Positions 30,138 through 40,370 of a DNA stretch of 64,000 bases are shown here, piece by piece (position 1 is the first letter of the stretch; each line of letters opens with the position of its first letter). Below the pieces are notes generated by a model that was not told the origin of the DNA, ran no database searches, and saw nothing but the letters and a program-made list of their open reading frames with translations. Source of the stretch: Solirubrobacteraceae bacterium (GTDB taxonomy: Bacteria; Actinomycetota; Thermoleophilia; Solirubrobacterales; Solirubrobacteraceae); contig DASXOS010000084.1 in NCBI GenBank assembly GCA_036494115.1, positions 11,232 through 75,231 of the forward strand. The letters run 5' to 3'. Both the position numbers and the translations under genes were made by a program.

Positions 30138-30916
30138 TAGTCGAGCTCGCCCGCGAGCTTCGAGCGCAGCCGCAGCACGGCCTTCGTGTGCAGCTGCGAG
30201 ACGCGCGACTCGGTCACGCCGAGGACCTCGCCGATCTCGCGGAGGGTGAGGTTCTCGTAGTAGTAGAGCGCGACCACGAGCTTCTCGCGCTCGGGCAGCG
30301 CGGCGATGGCGTCGGCGATGCGGTCGCGCAGCTCGGACTGGTCGACGAGCATCTGCGGATCGGGTGCCCCGCGGTCGGGAAGCGTGTCGAGCAGCGAGAC
30401 CTGGTCCCCGGTCGAGTCCGAGACGTTCCACAGCTCGTCGAGGGCGACGATCGTCGAGTTCGAGATCTGCAGCAGGGCCTCCTGGAAATCCTCGAGGCTG
30501 ATCTCGAGCTCTCCGGCCATCTCTTCGTCCGTCGGCGCGCGCTGCAGCCTCGCCTCGAGCTTCATGTTCACCCGCTCGATCTCGCGGGCGCGCGCCCGCA
30601 CCGAGCGTGGGACCCAGTCGAGGGTGCGGAGCTCGTCGATGATCGCGCCCCGGATGCGGGTGATCGCGTAGGTCTCGAACTTGATCTCCCTCGTGAGATC
30701 GAAACGTTCAATTGCGGAAATCAACCCACTCAGCCCGTACGAGATCAGATCGGCCTCCTCGACGTGCGCGGGGAGGCCCGAGCTCATCCGGCCGGCCACG
30801 TACTTGACGAGCGGTGAGTACGCCACCACGAGCCGTTCGCGCGCGCGCTCGTCGCTCGACGCTTTGTAGCGTCGCCAAAGATCCTGGAGCTCGACCGCTT
30901 TAACGTTCGTTTCCAC
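30137..30916 (-). CDS. whiG: FliA/WhiG-family sigma factor
   Basis: [61 protein letters not shown]. Confidence 0.9.
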   Translation of the reverse strand: METNVKAVELQDLWRRYKASSDERARERLVVAYSPLVKYVAGRMSSGLPAHVEEADLISYGLSGLISAIERFDLTREIKFETYAITRIRGAIIDELRTLDWVPRSVRARAREIERVNMKLEARLQRAPTDEEMAGELEISLEDFQEALLQISNSTIVALDELWNVSDSTGDQVSLLDTLPDRGAPDPQMLVDQSELRDRIADAIAALPEREKLVVALYYYENLTLREIGEVLGVTESRVSQLHTKAVLRLRSKLAGELD

Positions 30917-30934
30917 TTTCAGTCCCCAGCCCTG

Positions 30935-31882
30935 TCACGCGCGCGGATGAGCCTGCGCGTACGCAGATTTGAGCCGCGCCGACTCTATCCGAGTGTAGAC
31001 CTGCGTCGTCGAGATAGTTGCGTGGCCAAGCAGCTCCTGGATGGCCCGTAGGTCAGCGCCACCCTCGAGCAGATGCGTCGCGAACGAATGCCGCAGCGCG
31101 TGGGGATGGGCATCCGCGAGCGCCGGCGCCCGCGCCGCGGCGTGACGTGCCCAGGCGCGCAGCCGCCGCCGCACGTCTGAGGTGCTCAGCGGCCGGCCCG
31201 ACTTCGAGAGGAACAGCGCGCGCTGCGGTGAGGTCACCAGCGCCGGGCGTCCCTTGGCCAGATATCGATCGATCGCGCGCAGGGCGTGCTCTCCCGCTGG
31301 AACCAGTCGGGTCTTCTCACCCTTGCCGTGGACACGGACGGTCTCGGCATCGAAGTCGACGGCCTCGAGCTCGAGCGAGACCAGCTCCTCGGCCCGTAGA
31401 CCCGACGCATATGCGAGTTCGAACAGGGCGCGGTCGCGGAGCTCGAGCGGCGTCGTCGCCGGGATCCCTTCGAGCAGTGTCGCCACCTCGGAGGCCTTGA
31501 GAACGCGGGGCAGGGCCCGGGGCCGCTTCGGGGCGGTGAGCAGCTCGGCGGGGTTGTCGGCCCGCACACCGGCTTCGGTCTGCACGCGGAACAGGGCCCG
31601 CAGGGCCGCCAGCTTGCGCGCCACCGTGGTCGGGGCGTTGCCCTGTCCCGAGAGGCCGGCGGCATAGCGCCGCAGGGCGCGGATCTCGACCGAGCGCGGC
31701 GCGAGCTCGTGCGCGGTCGCCCAGCCGGCGAACTGACGCGCATCGATCCCGTATGCCCGGCGGGTCTTGGCCGCCACGGCCCGACGGCGCAGGTCGGCGT
31801 CGAAGGCCGCCATGGCCGACTTCCACGCGGGTGAGATGTCGGTCTGATCGAGGGTCTCGAGGTGGGCGGCAGGCGCGGTCAT
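30935..31882 (-). CDS. xerC: Tyrosine recombinase XerC
   Basis: YASGLRAEE, HPHALRHSFATHLLEGGADLRAIQELLGHATISTTQVYT. Confidence 0.87.
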   Translation of the reverse strand: MTAPAAHLETLDQTDISPAWKSAMAAFDADLRRRAVAAKTRRAYGIDARQFAGWATAHELAPRSVEIRALRRYAAGLSGQGNAPTTVARKLAALRALFRVQTEAGVRADNPAELLTAPKRPRALPRVLKASEVATLLEGIPATTPLELRDRALFELAYASGLRAEELVSLELEAVDFDAETVRVHGKGEKTRLVPAGEHALRAIDRYLAKGRPALVTSPQRALFLSKSGRPLSTSDVRRRLRAWARHAAARAPALADAHPHALRHSFATHLLEGGADLRAIQELLGHATISTTQVYTRIESARLKSAYAQAHPRA

Positions 31883-31946
31883 GTCGCGGCTTCGCTATTC
31901 GCCGCGCGGTCGCCGCACCCTTTTCCGGACCCAGCCGTCGCTGCGC

Positions 31947-33602
31947 CTATGCCACGTGGACGAGCGTGCCGATCGGCGTATACGGGAACACCTGGCCGGC
32001 CGGACCGAGCGCCATCTCGACACAGCCGAGGCTCTGCGGGAAGCCGTACTGCGCGCGCGTGAACGCGTGCAGTGCATCGCCGCCGTTGAAGTAGCTGACG
32101 TACTGGATCCCGGGGTCGTCGTAGTGGCTGCCGTCGGGGTTGGTGCCGCTCATTGTGGTCACGGGCAGGTGGGAGTAGACCGGGAACGTGCCTGGATCGG
32201 TCGGCCGCGAGGCGATCCCGGTGTTGACCGGCGTGGTCACCTTGGTCTGGCCGCTGTGCCACAGGTTCAGGCTCTGCCCCGAGAGGCTGACGGTCACGAA
32301 GGTGTAGCCGAAGGACGACTTCTTGCCGTCGATGGCGGCTTGGATGAGCGCCTTCCACACGGAAGGCCCGGCGAGCCCGTCGGTGGTCATGCCATGGTCG
32401 TTCTCGAACGCCATCAGCGCACCCTGCATCATCACGCCCGAGGCGCCGGGCTTCCACATGCCTCGAAGCGCGGACGGGGTGTTCGAGTAGCGCCAGTCGA
32501 AGTGGCCCGCCGGCGGCTTGATCGCCGCCTTGAGCTGCTGCTCCGGAGTCCGGCCGATGCCGTTGCCGTCGGCGTACTTGAACGTGAGCGGGAGGTAGCC
32601 CAGGATCGCCAGCAGCTGCTGCATCCGGAGCGGCGATCCGCCGGGGACGGTCCAGGTCGCCCCGGAACCGGCCCCAGCGAGCTTGACGCCGCTGGGTAGA
32701 CCGATGCTCACCTTCGCGCCCAGCCCGTAGCCGTAGCCCGTCGGAGTAAACGTGACCGAGTGCGCGGAGGTCGTCTGCCAGTTGCCCGACGTGGCCGGCG
32801 AAATCGACGGGCGGCTCGAGCCGAGCGCCTGCTTGACGGTCTTGGAGAAGGTCAGCGTGATCGGCGTGTTCGCCTGGATCGTGGAACCCGGAGCCGGGGA
32901 AGCGAGGGCGCTCGCCGCCGAGCCGACGGGGAACCAGCTGATCGCGGCCGCCTTCGAGGTCTCCCAGCTGCGGGGGGCGGCGGCCACGTACATGGTGCCG
33001 GCGGTGGCCGACCGCGGCACGGTGAACTCGGACTGAGGCGATCCGAGCTGATGGCGTCTGAGGTGACCGGGGGTCCCGTAGGAGACGACGCGGATCGGCG
33101 TGGCGAACTTGAGCGTGAGCGGCTGGTGCTTCTTGACGGTGATGAAGTGGGCCTTCAGCTTGGTCACCGGGGTCATCAGCTGCAGATGGAGCTTCTCCGT
33201 CTTGCCTGCGGCCCATCCGATCCACCCGGGCCGCTTGACCACGGCGTCGATCGTCACCAGCTGGTGGGCCGGAAGCGTGCCGTTCGGCCAAACCTTGTCC
33301 CCTCGGACTTCAATGGGGACGCGGGCGCTGTGCGGGCCACTCCTGACCGTGACGCTCTCGATCGTCCCGCCACCGCGGGGCAGGCTGATCGCGGCCAGCG
33401 CGGTCGAGTCCGAGGTGAGCGTCGCCTTCGAGGTGACCAGCATGATCCCGCCGCCGACCACCACGATCAGGACCAGCAGCACGATCCCGCCGACGATCCA
33501 TCGCCCGCGCGGCACGCGGCCTGACGCAGCATCGGTCCGGCGAGCCCTCTGGCCCGCCCGATCGGTAGTGCCCGCGGGGCGGAGATACGACACGTTTGCC
33601 AC
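31947..33602 (-). CDS. L,D-transpeptidase with peptidoglycan-binding domain
   Basis: N-terminal TM helix, PG-binding ...AFENDHGMTTDGLAGPSVW, YkuD motif ALH...QSLGCV. Confidence 0.85.
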   Translation of the reverse strand: MANVSYLRPAGTTDRAGQRARRTDAASGRVPRGRWIVGGIVLLVLIVVVGGGIMLVTSKATLTSDSTALAAISLPRGGGTIESVTVRSGPHSARVPIEVRGDKVWPNGTLPAHQLVTIDAVVKRPGWIGWAAGKTEKLHLQLMTPVTKLKAHFITVKKHQPLTLKFATPIRVVSYGTPGHLRRHQLGSPQSEFTVPRSATAGTMYVAAAPRSWETSKAAAISWFPVGSAASALASPAPGSTIQANTPITLTFSKTVKQALGSSRPSISPATSGNWQTTSAHSVTFTPTGYGYGLGAKVSIGLPSGVKLAGAGSGATWTVPGGSPLRMQQLLAILGYLPLTFKYADGNGIGRTPEQQLKAAIKPPAGHFDWRYSNTPSALRGMWKPGASGVMMQGALMAFENDHGMTTDGLAGPSVWKALIQAAIDGKKSSFGYTFVTVSLSGQSLNLWHSGQTKVTTPVNTGIASRPTDPGTFPVYSHLPVTTMSGTNPDGSHYDDPGIQYVSYFNGGDALHAFTRAQYGFPQSLGCVEMALGPAGQVFPYTPIGTLVHVA

Positions 33603-33692
33603 TGGAAAGCTCCCCTTACCCGTTAATGGTACCGGTGATGCGAGCCGGCCTCACAGCTGACGCGCGGGAATAGCACAACTGCAAGTTCGCTT

Positions 33693-34952
33693 TCATTCGT
33701 CGGAGTTGTCGCTTTGCCTGCGCGCGAGGTTGCGATCGAGTGCCTCCAGAACGGCCTCGCGGGCCCCGTGCGCGGCCTCGTATTCCCGGAGCCGGGCCAG
33801 GTCCGGAGCCTCGAGTGACGAGATGATCTCGATCAGCTCGGTGACCCCCAGCTCGTCGACGCCGCCGTCACCGTCCCCGTCTGGAGCGGGCCGTGCGGTC
33901 TCCCTGACCGTCCTCACGCTCGGGCTCCAGCGCAGAAACTCCTCCACCTCGCGCTCGTAGCGGTAGCTCTCGCTGCCGCTGCGCAACAGCGGACGCAGCC
34001 GCTGGCGGGCGCGGAGCTTGATCACCGCCTCGCGCGTGGTGTACCGGTACCGAAAGCCGCTCGCCTTGAGCAGGCGGTTGTCGAGTCCGCGCCCGTAGCG
34101 GAGCTCGCGGACGAGCTCGACGGGCACCCGGACACCAAGCCGCCGCAGCTGTCCGGCCGCGAACCCGAGCCCCCACGGAGGCAGCACCGGCAGCACCGGC
34201 TTACCGAGCAGCGAGGCGACCTCGCTCAGCGCGAGCACGCCATCGGCGGCGGCGTTGTAGCGCCCCGGGAGGTCGTGGCGGGTGACGTGAGCGAGCGCTC
34301 CGATCGCGTCGTCCTCGTGGATGAACTGCAGCCGAGGGTCGAACCCGAGCAGGCTCGGTATCACCGGCAGGCCGAGCAGGGCCAGCGGCGATGAGCGCTG
34401 GTCGTCGCCGAGCACATCGGCGCATCGGACCACGGTCAGCGTCGTTCCTCGCCGGGCGGCCGCGAACTCGCTCGCCGCCTCCTCGGCGGCAACGATGTCG
34501 CGCTCGATCCTCGTCTGGGGCGGCTCGGTCCGCGCCAGCGTCTCGCTGAAGAAGGCGGGATCGTCCGAGGACGACCCGTAGTAGCGGGCCGAGGACTTGA
34601 AGACCAGCTTGCGCACCTGAGAATCGGCGCCGCTGCAGGCGGCGAGAAGGTTGCGCGTGCCCTCGACGTTCACCCGGTGGACGTGGTCGAGCGAGGCGAG
34701 CAGGGGGTCCGAGATCAGCCGCGTGTCGAGCACGGTGTCGATCGCGGCGGCCACGATGATCCGGCGCAGGAACGTCTCCTTGATATCGACGCGCACGAAC
34801 TCCGTCCGCTCGAGCTCGTGGCGGGGGTCCTCGGTGTCGATCCCGACGATCGCCTCGACGCCGGGCTCCCGCTCGAGCGCCTGCGCCAGCCGCCCTCCCC
34901 ACCACGAGGACAGGCCGGTGATTAGGATCCGGCGCGACGGTTCGGGGCTCAT
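33693..34952 (-). CDS. NAD-dependent epimerase/dehydratase
   Basis: ILITGLSSWWG Rossmann motif, NVEGTRNLL, DPRLQFIHEDD. Confidence 0.85.
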   Translation of the reverse strand: MSPEPSRRILITGLSSWWGGRLAQALEREPGVEAIVGIDTEDPRHELERTEFVRVDIKETFLRRIIVAAAIDTVLDTRLISDPLLASLDHVHRVNVEGTRNLLAACSGADSQVRKLVFKSSARYYGSSSDDPAFFSETLARTEPPQTRIERDIVAAEEAASEFAAARRGTTLTVVRCADVLGDDQRSSPLALLGLPVIPSLLGFDPRLQFIHEDDAIGALAHVTRHDLPGRYNAAADGVLALSEVASLLGKPVLPVLPPWGLGFAAGQLRRLGVRVPVELVRELRYGRGLDNRLLKASGFRYRYTTREAVIKLRARQRLRPLLRSGSESYRYEREVEEFLRWSPSVRTVRETARPAPDGDGDGGVDELGVTELIEIISSLEAPDLARLREYEAAHGAREAVLEALDRNLARRQSDNSDE

Positions 34953-34962
34953 TCAGGCAGTA

Positions 34963-35787
34963 CTACCCGAGCCACACGCTGCGGCGCGCCGCCACCATCT
35001 CCAGCAGGTTCTCCTGGACGAGCGCCCGGATCTGCTGCGCGAGGTCCTCGGCCGCGTCGGCCGACGCGAGATCCTGTGGCGGGACAGGCTCGAGGAAGCG
35101 GATGCGGTACTTCGCCGGGAGCGGAACGGCCGGCACGACCGGAAGCCCGAGGGTCCGCCCCAGGCGGCGCAGCGGCCCGGGACCCGGCAACCGAGCTCCG
35201 GGACGCAGCCGCGCGAGCACGGGAACCGATTCCTCGCTGCCGACGACGGCCACGGGGACGATCGGCGCCCCGGCCTGTCCGGCGGCGCGCACGAAGCCGG
35301 GGTCGAACCGCCGCAGGCGGTAGCGCTCGTTGATCGGCTTGCGCGGACCGCTGCGCCCCTCCGGGAAGACGAGCGCGAGCTGGCTCTCGTCGAACAGCAG
35401 CCGCTGCAGGTTCGCCGGATGATCCGCGACCGCGCCGAGCTTGGTCGCCACCATCCCCACCCCGGGGACCGATCGGAACACGCGGTCGGTGGTGACGTGG
35501 ACGCTCCGACGGCTTGGATGAGACTCGCGTACCGCCTTGACCACCATCAGCCCGTCGGACGGCAGCGCCCCGGCATGGTTGGCCGCGAGCACCGCGCCGG
35601 TGCGATCAGGCACGTTCTCGATCCCCTCGACCTCGACCCGGAACCAGTAGTGATAGAGAAAACCGCCGAGTGCCCCGTCGAACAGCGCCTCGACCCGTTG
35701 CGAGCGGCCCCAGTCGTTGAGCTGGCGGTCGGGCTCGATCCCCGGTAGCTCTTCCCGCAAGTCGGCGGTGGCGAGATCCCGGCGCAT
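34963..35787 (-). CDS. Lysophospholipid acyltransferase family protein
   Basis: NHAGALPSD and VFPEG motifs. Confidence 0.87.
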   Translation of the reverse strand: MRRDLATADLREELPGIEPDRQLNDWGRSQRVEALFDGALGGFLYHYWFRVEVEGIENVPDRTGAVLAANHAGALPSDGLMVVKAVRESHPSRRSVHVTTDRVFRSVPGVGMVATKLGAVADHPANLQRLLFDESQLALVFPEGRSGPRKPINERYRLRRFDPGFVRAAGQAGAPIVPVAVVGSEESVPVLARLRPGARLPGPGPLRRLGRTLGLPVVPAVPLPAKYRIRFLEPVPPQDLASADAAEDLAQQIRALVQENLLEMVAARRSVWLG

Positions 35788-35801
35788 CGCGTGCCCGCGG
35801 C

Positions 35802-37487
35802 TCAGCGGGTGATTGCGCCTTCGGAGGCGCTCGAGACCAGCTTGGCGTACTTGGCGAGCGCCGGACCGGGGCGGCCGTTCTGCGGCGCCTGGTAGGCCTC
35901 GACGCGGGCACGGATCTCGTCGTCGCTGAGCGCAACGTCGAGACGGCGGGCCTCGACGTCGAGCGTGATCTCGTCGCCGTCGCGGACGGCCGCGATCGGG
36001 CCGCCCCGCGCCGCCTCCGGTGCGACGTGTCCGGCCATCAGGCCGCGCGTGGCCCCCGAGAAGCGCCCATCCGTGAGCAGCGCCACATGCTCGCCGAGGC
36101 CCTGACCGACGAGGGCGGCGGTGACGGCGAGCATCTCGCGCATCCCCGGGCCGCCGGCCGGGCCCTCGTTGCGGATGACGACGATGTCGCCCTCGTTGAT
36201 CGACCCCTCGGTCACCGCCTTCATGGCGTGCTCCTCTGACTCGAACACGCGCGCCGGCCCGGTCTGCTTGCGGCGCTCGTACCCGGCGAGCTTGACCACA
36301 CACCCCTCGGGCGCGAGGTTGCCCTTGAGGATCGCGAGACCGCCGGTCTCCTTGATCGGATCATCGAGCGGCCGCACCACCCGCTGGCCCTCCGTCTCCT
36401 GGGCGTCGTCGGCGATCTCGCCGATCGTCTGGCCGGTCACGGTCATCGCCTGCTCGTGGAGCAGCCCGGCGTCCTTCAGCCGCTTCATCACCAGCGGCAC
36501 ACCGCCGGCCGCGTACAGGTCCGGCGCGACGTACTGGCCGCCCGGCTTGAGGTCGCAGAGCAGCGGGGTGCGGTCGCTGATCTCGTCGAAGTCATCGATC
36601 GAGAGCTCGGCTCCGATCTCGTTGGCCACCGCGAGCAGGTGCAGGACCCCGTTGGTGGAGCCGCCGCTGCAGGCGATCGCCGCGATCGCGTTCTCGAGCG
36701 ACTCGCGGGTGATGATGTCCCGGGGGAGCTGTCCCCGCCGCAGCACATCCATCACCAGCTCGCCGGCGCGTTCGGCGACCGTCGTCTTCTGCGGGTCGAC
36801 CGCCGGGACCATCGAGAACCCGGCGGGAGAGATCCCCAGGGCCTCGAACGCCATCGCCATCGTGTTGGCGGTGAACTGCCCGCCGCAGGCTCCGGCGCCG
36901 GGTGAGGCGGCCTCCTCGATCTCGGTCAGCTGCGCGTCGGTGATCTTCCCGGACGCGTGGGCGCCGATCGCCTCGAACACCTCCTGGATCGTGATCTGCT
37001 CACCGTGGAGATGGCCGGGCAGGATCGAGCCGCCGTACAGCATCAGGCTGGGCACCTCGAGCCGGCAAAGCGCCATCACGGTTGCCGGGATGGTCTTGTC
37101 ACAGCCGCTGATCGCGATCACGGCGTCGAACGCGTGCGCGCTGCAGACGAGCTCGATCGAGTCGGCGATCACCTCACGGCTGACCAGCGACGCCTTCATG
37201 CCGGCGGTCCCCATCGTGATCCCGTCGGAGATCGCGATCGTGTTGAGCTCCATCGGCGTCCCGCCGGCCTTGCGGATCCCCTCCTTGACCTTGGCCGCCA
37301 GCGCCCGCAGGTGGAAGTTGCACGGCATCGTCTCGATCCACGTGTTGGCCACCCCGATGATCGGCTTGCTCAGGGCCTCGTCGTCGTAGCCGATGCCCTT
37401 GAGGTAGGCGCGCGCGGCCGCGCGCTCGGGCCCCTCGGTGAGCGCCCGACTGCGGTGCTTGAGATCGAATGAGCCGTTGGTCGACAT
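35802..37487 (-). CDS. ilvD: Dihydroxy-acid dehydratase
   Basis: [47 protein letters not shown]. Confidence 0.97.
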   Translation of the reverse strand: MSTNGSFDLKHRSRALTEGPERAAARAYLKGIGYDDEALSKPIIGVANTWIETMPCNFHLRALAAKVKEGIRKAGGTPMELNTIAISDGITMGTAGMKASLVSREVIADSIELVCSAHAFDAVIAISGCDKTIPATVMALCRLEVPSLMLYGGSILPGHLHGEQITIQEVFEAIGAHASGKITDAQLTEIEEAASPGAGACGGQFTANTMAMAFEALGISPAGFSMVPAVDPQKTTVAERAGELVMDVLRRGQLPRDIITRESLENAIAAIACSGGSTNGVLHLLAVANEIGAELSIDDFDEISDRTPLLCDLKPGGQYVAPDLYAAGGVPLVMKRLKDAGLLHEQAMTVTGQTIGEIADDAQETEGQRVVRPLDDPIKETGGLAILKGNLAPEGCVVKLAGYERRKQTGPARVFESEEHAMKAVTEGSINEGDIVVIRNEGPAGGPGMREMLAVTAALVGQGLGEHVALLTDGRFSGATRGLMAGHVAPEAARGGPIAAVRDGDEITLDVEARRLDVALSDDEIRARVEAYQAPQNGRPGPALAKYAKLVSSASEGAITR

Positions 37488-37518
37488 CGCGGCTCGGGAC
37501 TGTAGCGGGCGGTACAGG

Positions 37519-38136
37519 TCAGCCGGCGGCGTCGGCGGTGCTGCTCGAGGCGGCGCCATCGCCGCCGGCGTTCCGCATCCGGGCGCGCTCCCACTGGGAG
37601 AGGCGCCACAGGTCGCGCCGGACCTGGACCGGGTCGAGCTGGCGGCCGGGCAGATGCATGTTCGCGGTGGCGATCAGCCGGCGCTCGTCGCTGGTCAGGG
37701 CCATCCACTTGGCGAGCACGTCGTCGGAGTCCGGCAGGCGCGCGCTCCCGTAGGGCCGGGTCTCATCCGGGAACGCGATGCAGTACTCGTTGAGCAGCCG
37801 GTGCGTCTGGGGAACGTAGGCCACGATCGGCCGGTGGGGGTAGATGAGGTAGGCGTACGGCGCGCCTTCCCCGTCCCCCGCATCCGCGCCCGAGCCCCAT
37901 ACGCGGATGAACCCGAGGTCGCGATACATCCCCCACTCCTCGTCATTGACGCAGGAGCGCAGCAGGGTGCGGGCGCGCTGCTCGGCGCGCCGCTCGCGAC
38001 CCGGGTCGTAGAGGACCTGAGGCGCTCGCTGGCGGCGCGCACGGTGGCGGCTCCAGGCCTCGTCGAGCCGGGGCAGGATCAAATCGGACAGCAGCGCGAC
38101 GGCGACGAGCGCGGTAGCAGCGAGCGCCAGGAGCAT
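37519..38136 (-). CDS. Membrane-anchored hypothetical protein, partner of the ubiquitin-like ORF
   Basis: N-terminal hydrophobic helix, then [12 protein letters not shown]...EYCIAFP...[18 protein letters not shown]; 13 bp downstream of the GG-ending ORF. Confidence 0.78.
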   Translation of the reverse strand: MLLALAATALVAVALLSDLILPRLDEAWSRHRARRQRAPQVLYDPGRERRAEQRARTLLRSCVNDEEWGMYRDLGFIRVWGSGADAGDGEGAPYAYLIYPHRPIVAYVPQTHRLLNEYCIAFPDETRPYGSARLPDSDDVLAKWMALTSDERRLIATANMHLPGRQLDPVQVRRDLWRLSQWERARMRNAGGDGAASSSTADAAG

Positions 38137-38149
38137 GGCGAGCCGCTAG

Positions 38150-38398
38150 CTAGCGGCCTCCCGCCGCCCGAGGAAAGAAGATCACGCGCTCGGCATCCCG
38201 CGGGATGTCCTCGAACGCCCGAATCATGCGGGCCTCGCGGCGGCCGGCGTCGCCGGTGGTGGGCACCGCAGCCCACTGGCCCTCGTCGAGCTGTCGGCGG
38301 AACTCCTCGATCAGGCGCCGCTCATCCTCGGCGAGCTCGACGTCGCCCTCTGCGATCAACACCTCGCCGTGACCTGGCTTCATCCGCAGAAAGCGCAC
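38150..38398 (-). CDS. Small beta-grasp / ubiquitin-like protein with C-terminal GG-R
   Basis: 82 aa, apparent beta-beta-alpha-beta-beta-beta pattern, ends DAERVIFFPRAAGGR; CATAAT hexamer 6 nt before GTG. Confidence 0.7.
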   Translation of the reverse strand: MRFLRMKPGHGEVLIAEGDVELAEDERRLIEEFRRQLDEGQWAAVPTTGDAGRREARMIRAFEDIPRDAERVIFFPRAAGGR

Positions 38399-38463
38399 AG
38401 CGGAATTATGTCAAAACCCTGACCGCGCCAAGCTGGACGGAGAACTCGCCGCAGGGGCGACCA

Positions 38464-39258
38464 TCAGCAGGGTCGAAGACCCAGTACGTCGACCGGCCCG
38501 GGCCCCTCCCCGATCTCGGTCAGCCCCTGCTTCACCGCGCGCGATGCCAGCTCGTGAGCCGTGCGCGCCGCCGCCAGCGGCTCATCGCCCCAGGCGAGCC
38601 GTGCCGCCAGCACCGAGGAGTGGGTGCAGCCCGAGCCATGGGCAGCGCCGCTGGGATACCGCTCGCCCGGGATCTCCACCACCTGCGCGCCGTCGAAGAA
38701 CAGGTCGACCGGCTGCTCGCGGTGGCCGCCGGTGACGACCACGTATCGGGGACCGAGAGCATGGACGCGACGAGCCAGGTCTTCAGGTTCGGCGTCGCTC
38801 CCGGCGAGCGCCCGCGCCTCCGGGATGTTCGGAGTGGCGACGGTCGCCCGCGGCAGCAGGAGCGAGTGCAGCGACGCCTGGGCCTCGGGATCGAGCAGCC
38901 TCGCCCCCGACTCGGCCACCATCACAGGGTCGAGCACGACCGGCGTATCGGCCGGGAGCAGCTCGAGCGCCGCGGCCACTGCTTCGATCGTGGACACGGT
39001 TCCGAGCATCCCGATCTTCACCGCGTCGACGCCGATGTCGTCGCTGACGGCGCGGACCTGCTCGAGCACGATCTCGCCGGGGACGGTGTGGACGGCACTG
39101 ACGCCGGTGGTGTTCTGGGCGGTGATCGCGGTGATCGCGGTCATCCCGTGCACGCCGCAGGCGGCGAACGCCTTCAAGTCGGCCTGGATGCCCGCGCCAC
39201 CGCCGGAATCCGAACCGGCGATCGAGAGGACGCGGGGGATGCGCGGGGGATCGGGCAT
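38464..39258 (-). CDS. thiD: Hydroxymethylpyrimidine/phosphomethylpyrimidine kinase
   Basis: IAGSDSGGGAGIQADLK, TAQNT, VKIGML, DPVM, HGSGCT. Confidence 0.95.
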   Translation of the reverse strand: MPDPPRIPRVLSIAGSDSGGGAGIQADLKAFAACGVHGMTAITAITAQNTTGVSAVHTVPGEIVLEQVRAVSDDIGVDAVKIGMLGTVSTIEAVAAALELLPADTPVVLDPVMVAESGARLLDPEAQASLHSLLLPRATVATPNIPEARALAGSDAEPEDLARRVHALGPRYVVVTGGHREQPVDLFFDGAQVVEIPGERYPSGAAHGSGCTHSSVLAARLAWGDEPLAAARTAHELASRAVKQGLTEIGEGPGPVDVLGLRPC

Positions 39259-39287
39259 GCCGCAGCGAGGTTAGAGCGGCATCCGCC

Positions 39288-40370
39288 TCAGGGAACGATC
39301 GCGTACCTCCCCCCGGCTTCCCGGCGCACATATCCGGCCAGCTCAAGCGCGGCCAGAGCAGCGAGACCACACTCGACCGCGACCCCCGCCCTCGCCATCG
39401 CCGCGGGCGTGTCGGCGCCGTCGGCGATCAGTGCCAGGAGCGCCGCCTGTTCGCCCTCCACCGGCGGCCGGGAATCGGCTGGCGCGATGCGGATCCCCGC
39501 GCCATACAGGTGATCGAGCACGTCCTGGGCGCCGCGGACGATGAGCGCGCCCGACGCGAGCAGGCCGTTGGGGCCGGCCGCGAGTGCCGAGGTGACCCTC
39601 CCCGGCACCGCGCCCACCGGGCGCTCGAGCTCCCGCGCGATCCGCGCGGTCACCAGCGACCCCGAGCGCTCGCCGGCCTCGATCACGACGGTCATCGCGG
39701 CGAGCCCGGCGATGATCCGGTTGCGCGCCGGGAACATCCAGCGCCACACGTCGGTTCCCGGCGGCAGCTCGGAGACGGCAGCGCCGTGCTCGACGATCCG
39801 GCGGTACAGGGCGCGCTTGGCCGCGGGATACGGCCGTTCGGGCGAGCCAGGCAGGACCGCGACGGTCGGCGTCCCGCTCCCGAGCGCGCCCGCGTGGGCC
39901 GCGGAGTCGACCCCGAGCGCCATGCCGCTGACCACGGGCAGGCCGGCGGCGCCGAGCTGCGCCGCCAGCGATCGGGCGACGTCGAGGCCGTACTGCGAGG
40001 CCCGCCGCGCACCCACGACCGCCACCGCGTCCTGATCAGCCACCGCGTCGAGCCGCTCGCGCCGCCCCGCGAGGTGCAGGACAGCGGGAGCGTTGTCGAG
40101 GGCGAGGAGCTGCGCCGGGTAGTGCTCCTCGCAGCTGCACATCTGGTGGATCCCGGCCGCGGCCGCCCGGGTTCGGGCCTCGGCCGCGTCGAAGCGCGCG
40201 AGCTCGCCCGCGATCTGCGTGCGGTCGCGGCCGCCCACGGCGTCGAGCAGCGGCCCGTCGTCGAGCGCGAGCAGCTCCTCGATCCGGTTCCGGACGCGCT
40301 CGAGATGGGGCGCCAGCCGCGCCAGCAGCCAGGCCCGGGCCAGGCAGCGGTCGCATGCGCCCGTGGTCAT
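39288..40370 (-). CDS. dprA: DNA-processing protein DprA
   Basis: AVVGARRASQYG, VSGMALGVDSAAH, FPARNRIIAGL, EAGERSGSLVTA. Confidence 0.93.
   Translation of the reverse strand: MTTGACDRCLARAWLLARLAPHLERVRNRIEELLALDDGPLLDAVGGRDRTQIAGELARFDAAEARTRAAAAGIHQMCSCEEHYPAQLLALDNAPAVLHLAGRRERLDAVADQDAVAVVGARRASQYGLDVARSLAAQLGAAGLPVVSGMALGVDSAAHAGALGSGTPTVAVLPGSPERPYPAAKRALYRRIVEHGAAVSELPPGTDVWRWMFPARNRIIAGLAAMTVVIEAGERSGSLVTARIARELERPVGAVPGRVTSALAAGPNGLLASGALIVRGAQDVLDHLYGAGIRIAPADSRPPVEGEQAALLALIADGADTPAAMARAGVAVECGLAALAALELAGYVRREAGGRYAIVP

Noticed and set aside
38142-38157. 16-bp perfect palindrome GCCGCTAGCTAGCGGC at the stop of the ubiquitin-like gene
   Set aside because: Single occurrence with no assignable function; may be a small local duplication
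38390-38416. dif-like sequence AAAGCGCACAG-CGGAA-TTATGTCAAAA (good XerD-type arm), with xerC and xerD in the window
   Set aside because: Spacer would be 5 bp rather than 6, the XerC arm is poor, gene orientation does not switch here, and the AT-rich part is explained by the -10 of the ubiquitin-like gene
39259-39287. TPP riboswitch upstream of thiD
   Set aside because: Only 29 bp of intergenic space and no TPP aptamer motif
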